This document shows, in pieces, positions 28,217 through 39,183 of a DNA stretch of 60,516 bases. The stretch comes from Acidimicrobiaceae bacterium (GTDB lineage: Bacteria; Actinomycetota; Acidimicrobiia; Acidimicrobiales; UBA8592): the NCBI GenBank assembly GCA_002712325.1, contig PATH01000001.1:13191-73706 (forward strand), written 5' to 3'. Numbering within the stretch: position 1 is the first letter of the stretch; every line of letters starts with the position of its first letter. Under the pieces are notes generated by a model that saw nothing but the letters and a program-made list of their open reading frames with translations, made no database searches and was not told the origin of the DNA. A program made the translations under genes and the position numbers.

Positions 28217-31200
28217 CGGTTTCCCCACTAGTCTCGTTTTCCATATGGAAATCTTGAAGCGACTTCACCTTCATAGGGTGCTCGTTCCAGTCAACAAGTC
28301 CTTTAGCAAGAGCCAAACCGGATGAAGCAGTAGTCAAAAGCGGTATTCCTCTTTCACCGGCAGCTTTTCGAATGTGCGCTCCATCAGCGCGAGGACCTCT
28401 TCCACGTGGAGAGTTAATTACCAATTGGACTTTTCCAGATTCAATTAATTCAACAGCCGTAACCCCGTCATCGTCACCTATCTTCGCCACGGTATCTGAG
28501 ACCTCTAAACCTGCTTCTTTCAACGCCTCGGCGGTTCCGACTGTCGCCGCAATAGAAAAACCTAACTCTGTAAACAGTATTGCTGATTCTATACCTTGCT
28601 GCTTGTCTCGGTCTGCTACCGATATGAACACTGTTCCATCTTTTGGTAAAGACATTCCGGCAGCAAGTTGACTCTTTACAAAAGCCAATCCTGGTGTCGC
28701 GTCAATGCCCATTACCTCGCCAGTTGAACGCATTTCAGGGCCTAATACTGCGTCTGTTTTAGGAAACCTGTTGAAGGGCAACACTGCTTCCTTCACTGCC
28801 GTATGAGTATAGATTTTCTTTTGGTCTAATAGCCCGACTATTCGAAGTTTTTCTAGTGTTTCGCCCATCATCACTCGTGCTGCGACTTTGACAAGAGGCA
28901 CTCCAGTGGCTTTGGAGATAAATGGAACTGTTCTTGAGGCTCTTGGATTTGCTTCGATGACAAAAACGGTCTCAGAGTCTCCTATTCGCTTAACTACGAA
29001 TTGAATATTGATCAGGCCAATTACATTTAGCTTTTCAGCGATCAGAGCTGAGTATTCTGTCAAAGTCGCAAGTGTAGTTTCGCTGAGATTAACCGGCGGC
29101 GTTACGCAGGCACTGTCGCCAGAATGGACTCCTGCTTCTTCAACATGTTCCATAATCCCGCCGATTATTATTTCTCCAGAATTATCTCTTATGGCATCTA
29201 CATCAACTTCCGTAGCATCCTCGAGGAATCGATCTATCAACACTGGACGTTGAGACGACAACCCGCCTTCTTTGCCTAAACTGCCTGATTCGCTTAGTTC
29301 TTTCATGGCGTTTCTTAACTGGTCCTCATCATAAACTATGCTCATTGCTCTTCCCCCTAAAACATAAGAGGGCCGTACTAGAACCGGAAAGCCAATTCTC
29401 TTAACGATCTCTAGAGCATCTTGGACTGATGTAGCCGTCCCGCCCGGTGGTTGGGGTATCTCAAGTTGGTTACATACCGAATTCCATCTTTCTCTATCTT
29501 CCGCAAGATCGATTGAGTCCGGTGGTGTACCCACCACTAATTCCTTTGGCAAAGCTGATGCAAGCTTAAGAGGCGTTTGTCCACCAAGACTTACGATAAT
29601 TCCTGCAATGCCAGGTCCGTTGACTAACTTAGCTGATTCGGTTTCGGCATCAAGAATATTTTTAACGTCTTCCTCCGTTAAGGGTTCAAAGAAAAGTCTG
29701 TCGCTAGTGTCATAATCGGTTGAAACAGTCTCTGGATTGCAGTTAATCATGACCGTCTCATATCCGACTTCACTGAGTGCAAAGCTTGCGTGTACGCAAC
29801 AGTAATCAAACTCGATTCCTTGTCCGATTCGGTTGGGACCTGAACCAAGTATCACGACTTTCGGTTTTTCTGATGGGGCAACTTCCGTTGTATCTTCATA
29901 AGTTGAATAGTGGTAGGGGGTATTAGCCTCAAACTCTGCGCTACATGTATCTACCGTTTTGTAAACGGGAATAATTCCTGCTTCTATTCTGGCCTTTCGG
30001 ACTTCTTCAGCATCTTGGTTCCATAGGTAAGCAAGCTGATCATCGCTGAATCCGAGCCTTTTTGCCCTGCGGAAATCTTCATTTGAAATTGACTCGACTG
30101 AAAGGCTTTCAAGATGTTGGCGTTCTTCTACTAGTATCTGAAGCTGATCAAGGAACCAAAAGTCAATGAAGGTCTCATCGTGGATTTCCTCTATCGTGAT
30201 GCCTCTTCGAATTAATTCGCCTATTTGGAATAGCCTTTCAGGTGTTGGGGTAGACACCTGACTAAGCAATTCGTCATTACTTAGATTTATAAGGTCTTTT
30301 TCACCTGGGTCAGCGTTAAAGCCATACCTTCCTAACTCAAGAGACCTAAGAGCCTTTTGTAAGGATTCAGGGAATGTCCTCCCAATTGACATCACTTCAC
30401 CTACTGACTGCATCTGAGTGCCCAGAATGTTCTCTGTTCCGGGGAACTTTTCAAAAGCCCATCTAGGGATCTTCGTTACTATATAGTCAATTGTTGGTTC
30501 GAAACTGGCTGGAGTTTTCTTCGTAATATCATTGGGTATCTCATCCAATGTGTATCCCATAGCTAGCTTTGTCGCTATTTTAGCTATCGGGAAGCCAGTA
30601 GCTTTTGAAGCAAGAGCTGATGAACGACTTACTCTTGGATTCATTTCAATAATTACATATTCACCGTTGTCGGGATTCACTGCGAATTGGACATTTGATC
30701 CTCCAGTTTCTACACCTACCCGCCTCATGCACGAGAAAGCAGCATCTCTTAGCATTTGATATTCAACATCCGAGAGCGTCTGGGTAGGCGCAACTGTTAT
30801 TGAGTCACCTGTGTGAACCCCCATTGGATCAAAATTCTCTATTGCACAAACGACTACACAATTGTCTGCTCTATCTCGCATCACTTCAAGTTCATATTCT
30901 TTCCAACCTTTAATTGATTGCTCAATAAGGATCTCATTTATTGGGCTAGCTGCTAGGCCGTTTTTTGCAAGGCTTTGAAATTGCTCAGTTGTTTCGGCTA
31001 TACCTGTTCCCTTTCCGCCAAGTATGTAAGCCGGCCTGACGATGACTGGCAACCCTATATCTTCAATGATCTTGGCTGCGTCTTCCATGCTGTGAGCCAC
31101 ACCGCTAATGGGTACGGATAAACCAATCTCTATCATCGCTTCTTTGAATTTTGCTCTATCTTCAGCAGTAGAGATTGCCTCTGCATCTGCACCTATTAGT

Positions 31201-31541
31201 TCCACTTGATACTCGTCAAGTATCCCTTCTCTCTCTAAGTCCATTGCCAAGTTCAGCGCAGTTTGTCCTCCAAGTGTTGGGAGTAGCGCGTCCGGCCGTT
31301 CTTTAATTATTATCTCTGTGAGGACTTGAACTGTTAGTGGCTCTACATAAGTTGCATCAGCAAAGTCTGGATCTGTCATGATCGTCGCGGGATTAGAGTT
31401 TGCCAGAATAACCTGATAGCCCTCTTCGCGCAAGACTCTACATGCTTGCGTTCCAGAGTAATCAAACTCACAAGCTTGCCCTATTACAATTGGCCCGGAC
31501 CCTATTAGAAGAATCTTATGAATGTCTGTTCGCTTGGGCAT
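28206..31541 (-). CDS. carB: Carbamoyl-phosphate synthase large subunit
   Basis: MPKRTDI..., [17 protein letters not shown], duplicated ATP-grasp domains, MGS domain. Confidence 0.99.
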   Translation of the reverse strand: MPKRTDIHKILLIGSGPIVIGQACEFDYSGTQACRVLREEGYQVILANSNPATIMTDPDFADATYVEPLTVQVLTEIIIKERPDALLPTLGGQTALNLAMDLEREGILDEYQVELIGADAEAISTAEDRAKFKEAMIEIGLSVPISGVAHSMEDAAKIIEDIGLPVIVRPAYILGGKGTGIAETTEQFQSLAKNGLAASPINEILIEQSIKGWKEYELEVMRDRADNCVVVCAIENFDPMGVHTGDSITVAPTQTLSDVEYQMLRDAAFSCMRRVGVETGGSNVQFAVNPDNGEYVIIEMNPRVSRSSALASKATGFPIAKIATKLAMGYTLDEIPNDITKKTPASFEPTIDYIVTKIPRWAFEKFPGTENILGTQMQSVGEVMSIGRTFPESLQKALRSLELGRYGFNADPGEKDLINLSNDELLSQVSTPTPERLFQIGELIRRGITIEEIHDETFIDFWFLDQLQILVEERQHLESLSVESISNEDFRRAKRLGFSDDQLAYLWNQDAEEVRKARIEAGIIPVYKTVDTCSAEFEANTPYHYSTYEDTTEVAPSEKPKVVILGSGPNRIGQGIEFDYCCVHASFALSEVGYETVMINCNPETVSTDYDTSDRLFFEPLTEEDVKNILDAETESAKLVNGPGIAGIIVSLGGQTPLKLASALPKELVVGTPPDSIDLAEDRERWNSVCNQLEIPQPPGGTATSVQDALEIVKRIGFPVLVRPSYVLGGRAMSIVYDEDQLRNAMKELSESGSLGKEGGLSSQRPVLIDRFLEDATEVDVDAIRDNSGEIIIGGIMEHVEEAGVHSGDSACVTPPVNLSETTLATLTEYSALIAEKLNVIGLINIQFVVKRIGDSETVFVIEANPRASRTVPFISKATGVPLVKVAARVMMGETLEKLRIVGLLDQKKIYTHTAVKEAVLPFNRFPKTDAVLGPEMRSTGEVMGIDATPGLAFVKSQLAAGMSLPKDGTVFISVADRDKQQGIESAILFTELGFSIAATVGTAEALKEAGLEVSDTVAKIGDDDGVTAVELIESGKVQLVINSPRGRGPRADGAHIRKAAGERGIPLLTTASSGLALAKGLVDWNEHPMKVKSLQDFHMENETSGETDGQ

Positions 31542-32636
31542 TTATTTCGCCGCCTCTTCCATTAGTTTTGCGAAATCATCAAATAGATATGAACTGTCAT
31601 GCGGGCCTGGTCCTGCTTCTGGATGATGTTGGACGCTGAAAGCCGGCGCGCTCTTGAGTCGTATTCCTTGGCAGACCCCGTCATTTAGATTTATGTGAGT
31701 TACTTCTGCAACTTTTGCAATTGAATCTGGGTCAATAGCAAAATTATGATTTTGGCTTGTAATCTCAACAACACCATTTGATACCTGCTGTACGGGATGA
31801 TTTCCTCCGTGGTGACCGAAGGTCATCTTCTTTATGTTTCCTCCCACAGCTAATCCAAGGAGTTGATGCCCAAGACATATTCCAAAGATAGGCACCTTAC
31901 CGATCATTTCAGAGATTGTCTGCGGTACACCTTCTACGACTTCTGGGTCTCCCGGTCCGTTTGATAGGAAGACTCCATCGGGGTTTAGCTCTAGAATTTC
32001 TTTGGAAGATGTTGATGATGGGACAACGAACACGTTTCCTAAACGTTTCAAGTGATTTATAATCGTTGCCTTTATCCCAAAATCCATTGCAACAATTAGC
32101 TTGTCTTGACGGTCTCCTTCAACCATGTAGCTTTCACTACATGTGACCTGTGAAACGAGATCAATACCTGACGTCCCTGGTTCTGATTTAGCAATTTCGT
32201 AGAGGTCATTAGCGGCAAGTGTCCCAAAAGCAGCTGGCATAGCTCCGGATTCCCTTATATGCATAGTTAGTCTACGCGTGTCGAGTCCTGCTATGCCTGG
32301 GATTTCCATTTCTTTCAGAAAGGAGTTTAAGTCGTTTGAGGCACGCCAGTTACTATGACGACGGGCCAAGTCCCTGACAACAACTCCCCTGCAATGTGGG
32401 CGACCACTTTCATTATCTATTTCGTTTACTCCATAGTTGCCGATGTGAGGGTAGGTAAAGGTGATGATCTGCCCAGCGTAGGAAGGGTCTGTTATAACCT
32501 CTTGGTAGCCGCTAAGAACCGTATTAAACACAACTTCCCCCGTAGCATATTTTTGCTCTGGGGAATGACCTATCTGACAGCCCTCAAAGATTGATCCATC
32601 TGCTAGGACTAACGTTGAATGATTAATTCTGATCAC
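31542..32636 (-). CDS. carA: Carbamoyl-phosphate synthase small subunit
   Basis: GEVVFNT..SGYQE, SNGPGDP, GICLGHQ, QHHPEAGPGPHD. Confidence 0.98.
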   Translation of the reverse strand: MIRINHSTLVLADGSIFEGCQIGHSPEQKYATGEVVFNTVLSGYQEVITDPSYAGQIITFTYPHIGNYGVNEIDNESGRPHCRGVVVRDLARRHSNWRASNDLNSFLKEMEIPGIAGLDTRRLTMHIRESGAMPAAFGTLAANDLYEIAKSEPGTSGIDLVSQVTCSESYMVEGDRQDKLIVAMDFGIKATIINHLKRLGNVFVVPSSTSSKEILELNPDGVFLSNGPGDPEVVEGVPQTISEMIGKVPIFGICLGHQLLGLAVGGNIKKMTFGHHGGNHPVQQVSNGVVEITSQNHNFAIDPDSIAKVAEVTHINLNDGVCQGIRLKSAPAFSVQHHPEAGPGPHDSSYLFDDFAKLMEEAAK

Positions 32637-33918
32637 CTTTACCTTTATTGTCTTGGACTACTCCATTAATAACTACTAGCTCTCCATCTACAAGTGTGTG
32701 ACTCACTAAACCTTTCAGCTCGATATCTTCGAATGCGGTTACTGAACATTTACTGGCCATGTGAGTTCCCTTGGCAACCCACGCTGCATCTGGGTCAAAG
32801 ACAGTCAAATTTGCTGGCCTACCAGGGATAAGGTGGCCACCATGAGTCTCAGCGATGCCGGCTATCTCTGCAGGGGACCAGGATAAGAGCCTGAGGATTT
32901 CATTAAGTGGAAGATCAAGATTTTTAATTGATGCACCCAGCGCTGTCTCTAGTCCTATAGTGCCGAACGGGGCATCCGTATACGCTTGGTGTTTCAAGTG
33001 ATCTTGACATGGACTGTGCCCTGTTGCAATAGCATCAAAGGAAGTTATGAGGTCTTTAACCCGCGCTATTTCTTGTTTCGTTCTTAAAGGGGGCAGAACT
33101 TTATAACGCGCATCAAAACTTGCAATCAACGATTCATCTAGAGAAAAATGATGAGGAGATATCTCACACGTTATTGAGGCTCCATTTGATTTCGCTTCAC
33201 TGATTATTTCGACTGATTTCGCCGTTGAAATTTGCTGGAAATGTAAACTCGCGCCAGTAAGTAAAGCCAGTTGCGATAATTGGAAGACTTCTATAGCTTC
33301 AGCGACTTTGGGGATTCCTGGAATTCCTAATAGCGAAGAAACTGCTCCTTCGTTCATAGCACCCTTGGGCGAAAGGAAAGAATTAGAACATGAGTAAAGC
33401 AAGGTTATCCCGTACTTCTGTGAGTATTCCATAATGCGTCTCGTGGTCTGGTAACCAGTCAACGGGGGGCCACTAGCTGAAAACAGCTTTACTCCATTGC
33501 CAGATATCTCCCCTAACGGTGACATAGTTTCGGCATCGTTATGAAGAGTTGCAGAGCCGGCCACAATAATTTCGCATAATGCATCTTGGGATATCTCTAT
33601 CATCGCTGCGGCTGAACTTGCATTGTCAGCCACTACTGGGTCCTTGGCAATTGCTACGACAGCGGTGTATCCCCCTTTAACTGCGCTTTCAGTTCCCGAT
33701 AAAATTGTTTCAGACTGCTGGTCTTCTGGTCCTCCTAAATAAACATTCAGATCTACAAAGCCTGAAGATATGATTTTCCCTTGGACGTCTAATGTCTTTC
33801 CTCCTTTGAGTCCTTTCCCTATTTCAGTGATTAAGCCATCAGAACCTATTAGCACATCAGCGAGACGATCGCCGGATTTGTCTATGACTCTTCCCCCTTG
33901 AAGCAGTAATTCACTCAT
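32623..33918 (-). CDS. pyrC: Dihydroorotase homolog, predicted catalytically inactive (PyrC')
   Basis: Type-I DHOase fold and position between pyrB and carA, but the metal and catalytic residues are replaced (DLNVY, FSASG, FQQIST, IATGHSPC). Start trimmed to MSELL at 33918. Confidence 0.85.
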   Translation of the reverse strand: MSELLLQGGRVIDKSGDRLADVLIGSDGLITEIGKGLKGGKTLDVQGKIISSGFVDLNVYLGGPEDQQSETILSGTESAVKGGYTAVVAIAKDPVVADNASSAAAMIEISQDALCEIIVAGSATLHNDAETMSPLGEISGNGVKLFSASGPPLTGYQTTRRIMEYSQKYGITLLYSCSNSFLSPKGAMNEGAVSSLLGIPGIPKVAEAIEVFQLSQLALLTGASLHFQQISTAKSVEIISEAKSNGASITCEISPHHFSLDESLIASFDARYKVLPPLRTKQEIARVKDLITSFDAIATGHSPCQDHLKHQAYTDAPFGTIGLETALGASIKNLDLPLNEILRLLSWSPAEIAGIAETHGGHLIPGRPANLTVFDPDAAWVAKGTHMASKCSVTAFEDIELKGLVSHTLVDGELVVINGVVQDNKGKGDQN

Positions 33919-34858
33919 CGTCGAAACTCTCAAATTTAGTTTCGCTGCCCGACCCAAGTAGATAATACAAGGCGCTCATTCTAATTATCACTCCATTCGC
34001 TACCTGATTATTTATTACTGATTTGGGGTGTTCTTTGACGTTGCTAGACACCTCGACTCCCCTGTTCATAGGCCCGGGATGCATGATCAATGATTTAGGC
34101 TTCATATTCTGTGTCCTGATATCTGAGAGGCCATATTCATTTGCATATTCTCTTAGGGACGGGACGTAAGAGCTTTGTTGGCGTTCAAGTTGCATTCTGA
34201 GCATGTAAAGAACATCTGAGTCTTCAATCACCGAGTCAAACTGGTCAGTGGTATCCACACCCCAGTCATCTGTATTGAATGGCATTAAGGTTTTTGGTGC
34301 GACAAGTGTAACGGAGGCCCCTAAAGCTAAGAAAGCTTTGATATTGGATCGAGCAACTCGAGAGTGCTTTATATCACCGACTATTGATATTTTTTTGCCG
34401 TTAAGTTCTCCTAAATGGTTACGTATCGTGTAGCAATCAAGCAACGCCTGAGTGGGGTGCTCATGAGAGCCATCCCCAGCATTGATAACAGCAGCGCCAG
34501 TCCAACTCGGCAACAACCATGGAACACCTACAGATCCGTGCCTTACCACTATTGCGTCAACGCCCATAGCTGAGATTGTTTCTACCGTGTCTCGGAGACT
34601 CTCGCCTTTCTTGACAGACGATGACCCGATACTGAAATTCAAACTATCTGCCGAGAGGCGCTTGGCTGCTGTTTCGAAACTTAGACGCGTTCGTGTTGAG
34701 TCCTCGTAGAACAACAGAGCAATAGTTTTTCCTCTTAGCGCAGGAACTTTAGGGATTCGGCGAGTACTTACTTCGTGGAAATGGTCGCTAAGAGCCAGGA
34801 TCTCTTCAATTCCTGATTGACCTAAATCATCTATGCTACGAATATGTTTTTGTGTCAT
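33911..34858 (-). CDS. pyrB: Aspartate carbamoyltransferase catalytic subunit
   Basis: STRTRLSFE, NAGDG.HEHPTQALLD, HPGPMNRG. Confidence 0.97.
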   Translation of the reverse strand: MTQKHIRSIDDLGQSGIEEILALSDHFHEVSTRRIPKVPALRGKTIALLFYEDSTRTRLSFETAAKRLSADSLNFSIGSSSVKKGESLRDTVETISAMGVDAIVVRHGSVGVPWLLPSWTGAAVINAGDGSHEHPTQALLDCYTIRNHLGELNGKKISIVGDIKHSRVARSNIKAFLALGASVTLVAPKTLMPFNTDDWGVDTTDQFDSVIEDSDVLYMLRMQLERQQSSYVPSLREYANEYGLSDIRTQNMKPKSLIMHPGPMNRGVEVSSNVKEHPKSVINNQVANGVIIRMSALYYLLGSGSETKFESFDDE

Positions 34859-35430
34859 GATTTCGCATCTTTCATCACACCTAACAGAACGCCATTTTCT
34901 GTAACATCAACTAGCTCATCTCTACGTGTCGGAACATTCTTCCCAACATAGTCGGGCCTTATCGGGAGCTCACGATGGCCACGATCGATCATCACAGCAA
35001 GTTGAACTGCTGCTGGTCGTCCGAAGTCCACAATCGCATCCATTGCAGCTCTGATAGTTCTTCCTGTGAAAAGCACATCGTCGACCAAGACAACAATCTG
35101 AGATGAAAGATCAAAGGGCAAGTCAGTTGGATTGCTTGGCGTTACTTGCCGGATGCCAATATCGTCCCGGTAGAAAGCAACATCTAAAGTTCCGACAGGC
35201 ACATTCTCCTTTTCGATCTCTAGGAGGTTTTCGGCTAGTTTTCGCGCCAGGTGTACCCCGCCGACTTCCAAAACGACCAGGACTATTCCCGATAGGCCAC
35301 TATTTTGTTCAAGAATTTCGTGTGACATTCTCCAAAGAGCTCGACGAACACCGTCGGCGTTCATGATCTCCGAACGCTCATGAAAAACGCCCCTGCCGAG
35401 GGGCGTGTCAGGGCGTTCTAAATCGGCCAT
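34855..35430 (-). CDS. pyrR: Pyrimidine operon regulator / UPRTase PyrR
   Basis: RMSHEILE, LDVAFYRDD, VDDVLFTGRT, DRGHRELPIRPDYVGKN. Confidence 0.97.
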   Translation of the reverse strand: MADLERPDTPLGRGVFHERSEIMNADGVRRALWRMSHEILEQNSGLSGIVLVVLEVGGVHLARKLAENLLEIEKENVPVGTLDVAFYRDDIGIRQVTPSNPTDLPFDLSSQIVVLVDDVLFTGRTIRAAMDAIVDFGRPAAVQLAVMIDRGHRELPIRPDYVGKNVPTRRDELVDVTENGVLLGVMKDAKS

Positions 35431-35444
35431 CTCGGCACCTTTCT

Positions 35445-35475
35445 CCGTTTGAGCCTCACCGGACTCAATTCACGG
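35445..35475 (-). promoter_or_regulatory. PyrR-binding RNA stem-loop in the pyrR leader
   Basis: CCGU-GAA-UUGAG-UCCGGUGAGG-CUCAA-ACGG contains AGUCC-GGUG-AGGCU (consensus ARUCC-NGNG-AGGYU). It abuts the AGAAAGGUG SD; -10 TAGTTT lies upstream. Confidence 0.88.
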
Positions 35476-35531
35476 TCTGATTTAAACTATCACCACTTCT
35501 CTTGTTTGACATGTAAAGGCAATAAAAATCA

Positions 35532-35984
35532 TTAGTTAACGGGGTCATCAGGTCGGATAGATTCACAGATTCCTGCGAGTACTCCGTTAATAATGGGACT
35601 TGATGCTTCTGTGGAGTATTTGGTCGCCAACTCAACAGCTTCGCTGACTATCACAGCCGATGGGGTAGACATAAATTGCTTTAGTTCAAGCACCCCTATT
35701 CGGAGTATCGCCAAATCTACGAGTGGCATTCGGTCAAGATCCCATTTGTGGCTTGCTCCCTCAATCAGAGAATCGACGGATGATATCTCACTAATCAGGG
35801 CATCAAACAACTTCTTGGCATACCCATCTAGCTGGACTGGCATATCCTTTTCCAACTCTAGTAGATCCTTTGATTTGGATTCGGATTCGTAGATTAGCCC
35901 TAGGACTGTCTCTCTCCCATGACGACGGTCAACTATGTATTCCGGAGTATCTTCGGGCAAATCGCTTTGCTTGTTTGATGCCAT
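35532..35984 (-). CDS. nusB: Transcription antitermination factor NusB
   Basis: WDLDRMPLVDLAILR, EAVELATKYS...INGVL; follows efp. Confidence 0.95.
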   Translation of the reverse strand: MASNKQSDLPEDTPEYIVDRRHGRETVLGLIYESESKSKDLLELEKDMPVQLDGYAKKLFDALISEISSVDSLIEGASHKWDLDRMPLVDLAILRIGVLELKQFMSTPSAVIVSEAVELATKYSTEASSPIINGVLAGICESIRPDDPVN

Positions 35985-35995
35985 ACTATTAAATT

Positions 35996-36559
35996 TCAGG
36001 CTCGACTAATGTAGGAACCTGTTCTGGTGTCTACTTTTATCTTCTCGCCGGTTTCTAAAAATAAAGGAACTTGCACATTCAAACCAGTCTCTAGAATAGC
36101 TGGCTTTGTCGCACCGGAAACTCTGTCACCTTGGATTCCGGGTTCAGTTTCACTGATTAAGAGCTCTACCGATGCTGAAAGCTCAGTTCCTACAATTTCG
36201 TTACCAAACATCAGGAGGATCGCTGAATCAGATTCGATTATATAGTTTGGCAAATCTCCGACAGATTCGGGAGATACAGTAATTTGCTCATAAGTTTCGC
36301 TATCCATAAAGACGAGATCTGACCCATCTCTATAAAGATATTGCATTTCACGCTTGTCAATATTTACACGCTCTAGTGACTCCCCAGCTCGAAAAGTCTT
36401 TTCGATTACGGATCCAGTTCTAACATTCTTTAACTTTGTCCTCACAAAGGCTGGCCCTTTTCCTGGCTTCACATGCTGAAATTCAACTATTTGCATCAAA
36501 TTACTGTCAACCATCACGGTCCAACCATTTTTGAAATCATTCGTAGATATGGAAGCCAT
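35996..36559 (-). CDS. efp: Elongation factor P
   Basis: FQHVKPGKGPAFVRTKLKN, PGIQGDR, KVDTRTGSY. Confidence 0.98.
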   Translation of the reverse strand: MASISTNDFKNGWTVMVDSNLMQIVEFQHVKPGKGPAFVRTKLKNVRTGSVIEKTFRAGESLERVNIDKREMQYLYRDGSDLVFMDSETYEQITVSPESVGDLPNYIIESDSAILLMFGNEIVGTELSASVELLISETEPGIQGDRVSGATKPAILETGLNVQVPLFLETGEKIKVDTRTGSYISRA

Positions 36560-36588
36560 TTCTAAATCCTTTACTATCGGCTTCTACT

Positions 36589-37692
36589 CTAACCGAGGGA
36601 GTCACTGACTTGTGTGTGTTTGCGATAGTTAGTTAAATACTCAGACCCAGAATCTGTAACTAGAAGTAGATCTTCCCAACGGATACCATACGAACCTTCT
36701 AGGTATATGCCAGGTTCTACAGTAATAATCATTCCTTCTTGGAGTATGTCATCACTTTTACTATTGATTCGTGGGTATTCATGAATTTCCAGACCGACAC
36801 CATGGCCCGTTCCATGAAGAAATTTTCCACCATGCTTCCCATCTAATAATGCATCGCGACAAATTGCATCAATTTCTTTAGCTTCAATACCCGGGCGAAT
36901 AGCTTCAATAGCTTTCGTTTGGGAATCGAGCACTAATTGAGACGCATATTCTTGTTCTTTGCTTAGTTTGGATAAAGGAATCATCCTTGTCATGTCAGAG
37001 CAATATCCTTCAAAATTAGCACCTACATCTACGAGTAATAGGTTTGTATCTAGGATGCGCTGGTTAGAGGGGCGTGCATGAGGAAGCGCGCTGTTCTTAC
37101 CAGCTGCAACTATTGGAGGGTAGGCCGCATTCAATGCACCATGTTGGGTCATAAAATATTCAATACCCCGAGCTAATTCCCTTTCGGTTGTCTCTTCATT
37201 CAATTCATCCAAGGCCTTATCAAGAGCCATGCAAGTAATTTCAGCTGCAGTTCTTATCTTCTCTATTTCACTTTCGTCTTTTATGCACCTAAGTTTTAAA
37301 CAAAATTCATGAGCATCTATGATCTCCCCTTTAACAAGGCGTTCAATCTTCTCTTTTGCGCTCCATGAACACTTTTCGCCATCTAAGTAAATATTTCTTT
37401 TTCCTGATAGTTCAGCAATTTCGTTAAATGGGTCCGAACCTATGACACACTTTACGTTCACTCCATGTCTTGCAATCTCAACTGGTGCTTGCTCTGCGTA
37501 CCTTGAATCAGTGAATAGTACTAGGCAATTTGTGTCTAGGTAAATCACTCCATTAGAACCTGTGAACCCTGTTAGCCATTTGATAACAAAAGAATCCAGA
37601 GCTATGAAACAAGCATCACTTTCTGCGCACCAGTCACTCACACGAGCAATTCTCTGAGAGTGAAAAGTTACTTCATGTTCGTTGGTCATCAT
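36589..37692 (-). CDS. Xaa-Pro aminopeptidase (M24B)
   Basis: WLTGFTGS, TDSRY, YCSDMTR, HGTGHGVGLEIHE, TVEPGIY, RWED. Start trimmed to 37692/37689. Confidence 0.93.
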   Translation of the reverse strand: MMTNEHEVTFHSQRIARVSDWCAESDACFIALDSFVIKWLTGFTGSNGVIYLDTNCLVLFTDSRYAEQAPVEIARHGVNVKCVIGSDPFNEIAELSGKRNIYLDGEKCSWSAKEKIERLVKGEIIDAHEFCLKLRCIKDESEIEKIRTAAEITCMALDKALDELNEETTERELARGIEYFMTQHGALNAAYPPIVAAGKNSALPHARPSNQRILDTNLLLVDVGANFEGYCSDMTRMIPLSKLSKEQEYASQLVLDSQTKAIEAIRPGIEAKEIDAICRDALLDGKHGGKFLHGTGHGVGLEIHEYPRINSKSDDILQEGMIITVEPGIYLEGSYGIRWEDLLLVTDSGSEYLTNYRKHTQVSDSLG

Positions 37693-38125
37693 TTTCAATG
37701 ATCTTATGAAATGCTCGAATAGATAGCTCGTACCCGTGTATTCCAAAACCGATAATTGACCCGTTAGCTACTGGTGCAACAACAGAAGTATGCCTCCACG
37801 ATTCTCGCTGATTTGGATTGGATAGATGCATCTCGATAACTACACCATCAAAAGCAGCCAAAGCATCATGAATTGACCACCCGTAGTGGGTGAGTGCACC
37901 AGGGTTGATAATGATCCCCATATGCTTTCCTCTAGCGTTCTGAATTTGATCAACCAGTTCCCCTTCATTATTTGATTGGAAGTGTTCTAATTTATAACCA
38001 AATTCATTCGCAACTCTTTCAGCTTGCTTTACGTGTTCTTCGATCGTTTCTGACCCATAAATTTCGGGCTCGCGTTCTCCAAGCATGTTGAGGTTTGGCC
38101 CCATTAGTAAAAGGATTGACTTCAT
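37673..38125 (-). CDS. aroQ: Type II 3-dehydroquinate dehydratase
   Basis: GPNLNMLGEREPEIYG, QSNNEG, INPGALTH, EMHLSN..RE.WRH. Confidence 0.97.
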   Translation of the reverse strand: MKSILLLMGPNLNMLGEREPEIYGSETIEEHVKQAERVANEFGYKLEHFQSNNEGELVDQIQNARGKHMGIIINPGALTHYGWSIHDALAAFDGVVIEMHLSNPNQRESWRHTSVVAPVANGSIIGFGIHGYELSIRAFHKIIENDDQRT

Positions 38126-39129
38126 TGAACGACCTCCAAAGCTTTCTCTAGTATATTTTGTTCCTGAACAAGCACAGGCTCCACTCCTTTGTCTCCGTCT
38201 AAAACAAATGTGATCCCGTTTTTAGACTTTTTGTCTCTCAAGAAAAACGAAATGATTCTTTCAGGATTAATGCGTTTCCCCAACTTCATTTGCAACCCAT
38301 AGTGATTGAGGATTTCCTCATGATATGCAACTCGGTCCTCCCTAATCCGTCCCAGTAGAAATGCGACTTCGGCAGCATATCGGATACCCACTGCTACAGC
38401 CTCACCATGAGCTAGTGTAAATTCATTTTCAAGTTCGAGCGCATGGGCTAACGTGTGACCGTAATTTAGGATTGCCCGTTTCCCAGTCTCTCGCTCATCT
38501 TCTGCAACAACCCTTGTTTTGACTTTGACACACTCTAGTACTGTGTCAATTAGCCCAAACCCCCTCATGTCATCTGCACCAAGAAAATGATATTTAGCGA
38601 CTTCCCCATACCCGCATTTCCATTCTCGTTCTGGAAGAGTTTGAAGCGTGTCCACATCACATACGACAGCTTTAGGCTGCCAGAATGTTCCAATTAAATT
38701 CTTGCCCTCAGGAAGATTGACTCCTGTTTTTCCTCCAATTGCTGCGTCAACCATCCCAAGCAAAGTTGTTGGAACATTAACGACCTCGAGACCTCTGTGG
38801 TAGATAGAAGCCGCGAAAGCTGCAACATCAGTTACCATTCCTCCACCTAAGCCGACGACTATATCTGAACGAGTTAGGCCCCAGTCAACCCAAGACCTAC
38901 ATAATTCGATAACTGTCTCTATTGATTTAGCTTTCTCACCTGTTTCGATCTCAAAAATTTTATAGTCTTTACCAGAAGGTATCTCCACTCCTATTTCCTT
39001 CTGAGTTACGATAGCTACCCTCTTTGTCGAATCGGGGTAATATTTCTCGACATGATCTAGGCAATCAGAACCGACAAGTACGGGGTAGCTCCTATCGGAT
39101 AGGTCAACTTTAATCTCTTTCATCTCCAC
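38122..39129 (-). CDS. aroB: 3-dehydroquinate synthase
   Basis: GGGMVTD, PTTLLGMVDAAIGGKTG, LNYGHTLAHALE, HGEAVA. Confidence 0.96.
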   Translation of the reverse strand: MEMKEIKVDLSDRSYPVLVGSDCLDHVEKYYPDSTKRVAIVTQKEIGVEIPSGKDYKIFEIETGEKAKSIETVIELCRSWVDWGLTRSDIVVGLGGGMVTDVAAFAASIYHRGLEVVNVPTTLLGMVDAAIGGKTGVNLPEGKNLIGTFWQPKAVVCDVDTLQTLPEREWKCGYGEVAKYHFLGADDMRGFGLIDTVLECVKVKTRVVAEDERETGKRAILNYGHTLAHALELENEFTLAHGEAVAVGIRYAAEVAFLLGRIREDRVAYHEEILNHYGLQMKLGKRINPERIISFFLRDKKSKNGITFVLDGDKGVEPVLVQEQNILEKALEVVQ

Positions 39130-39183
39130 ATTATGAGAGTAGCCACCGAAATTAGATTTTGCAGGGAGTTAACCATAGAAGTG

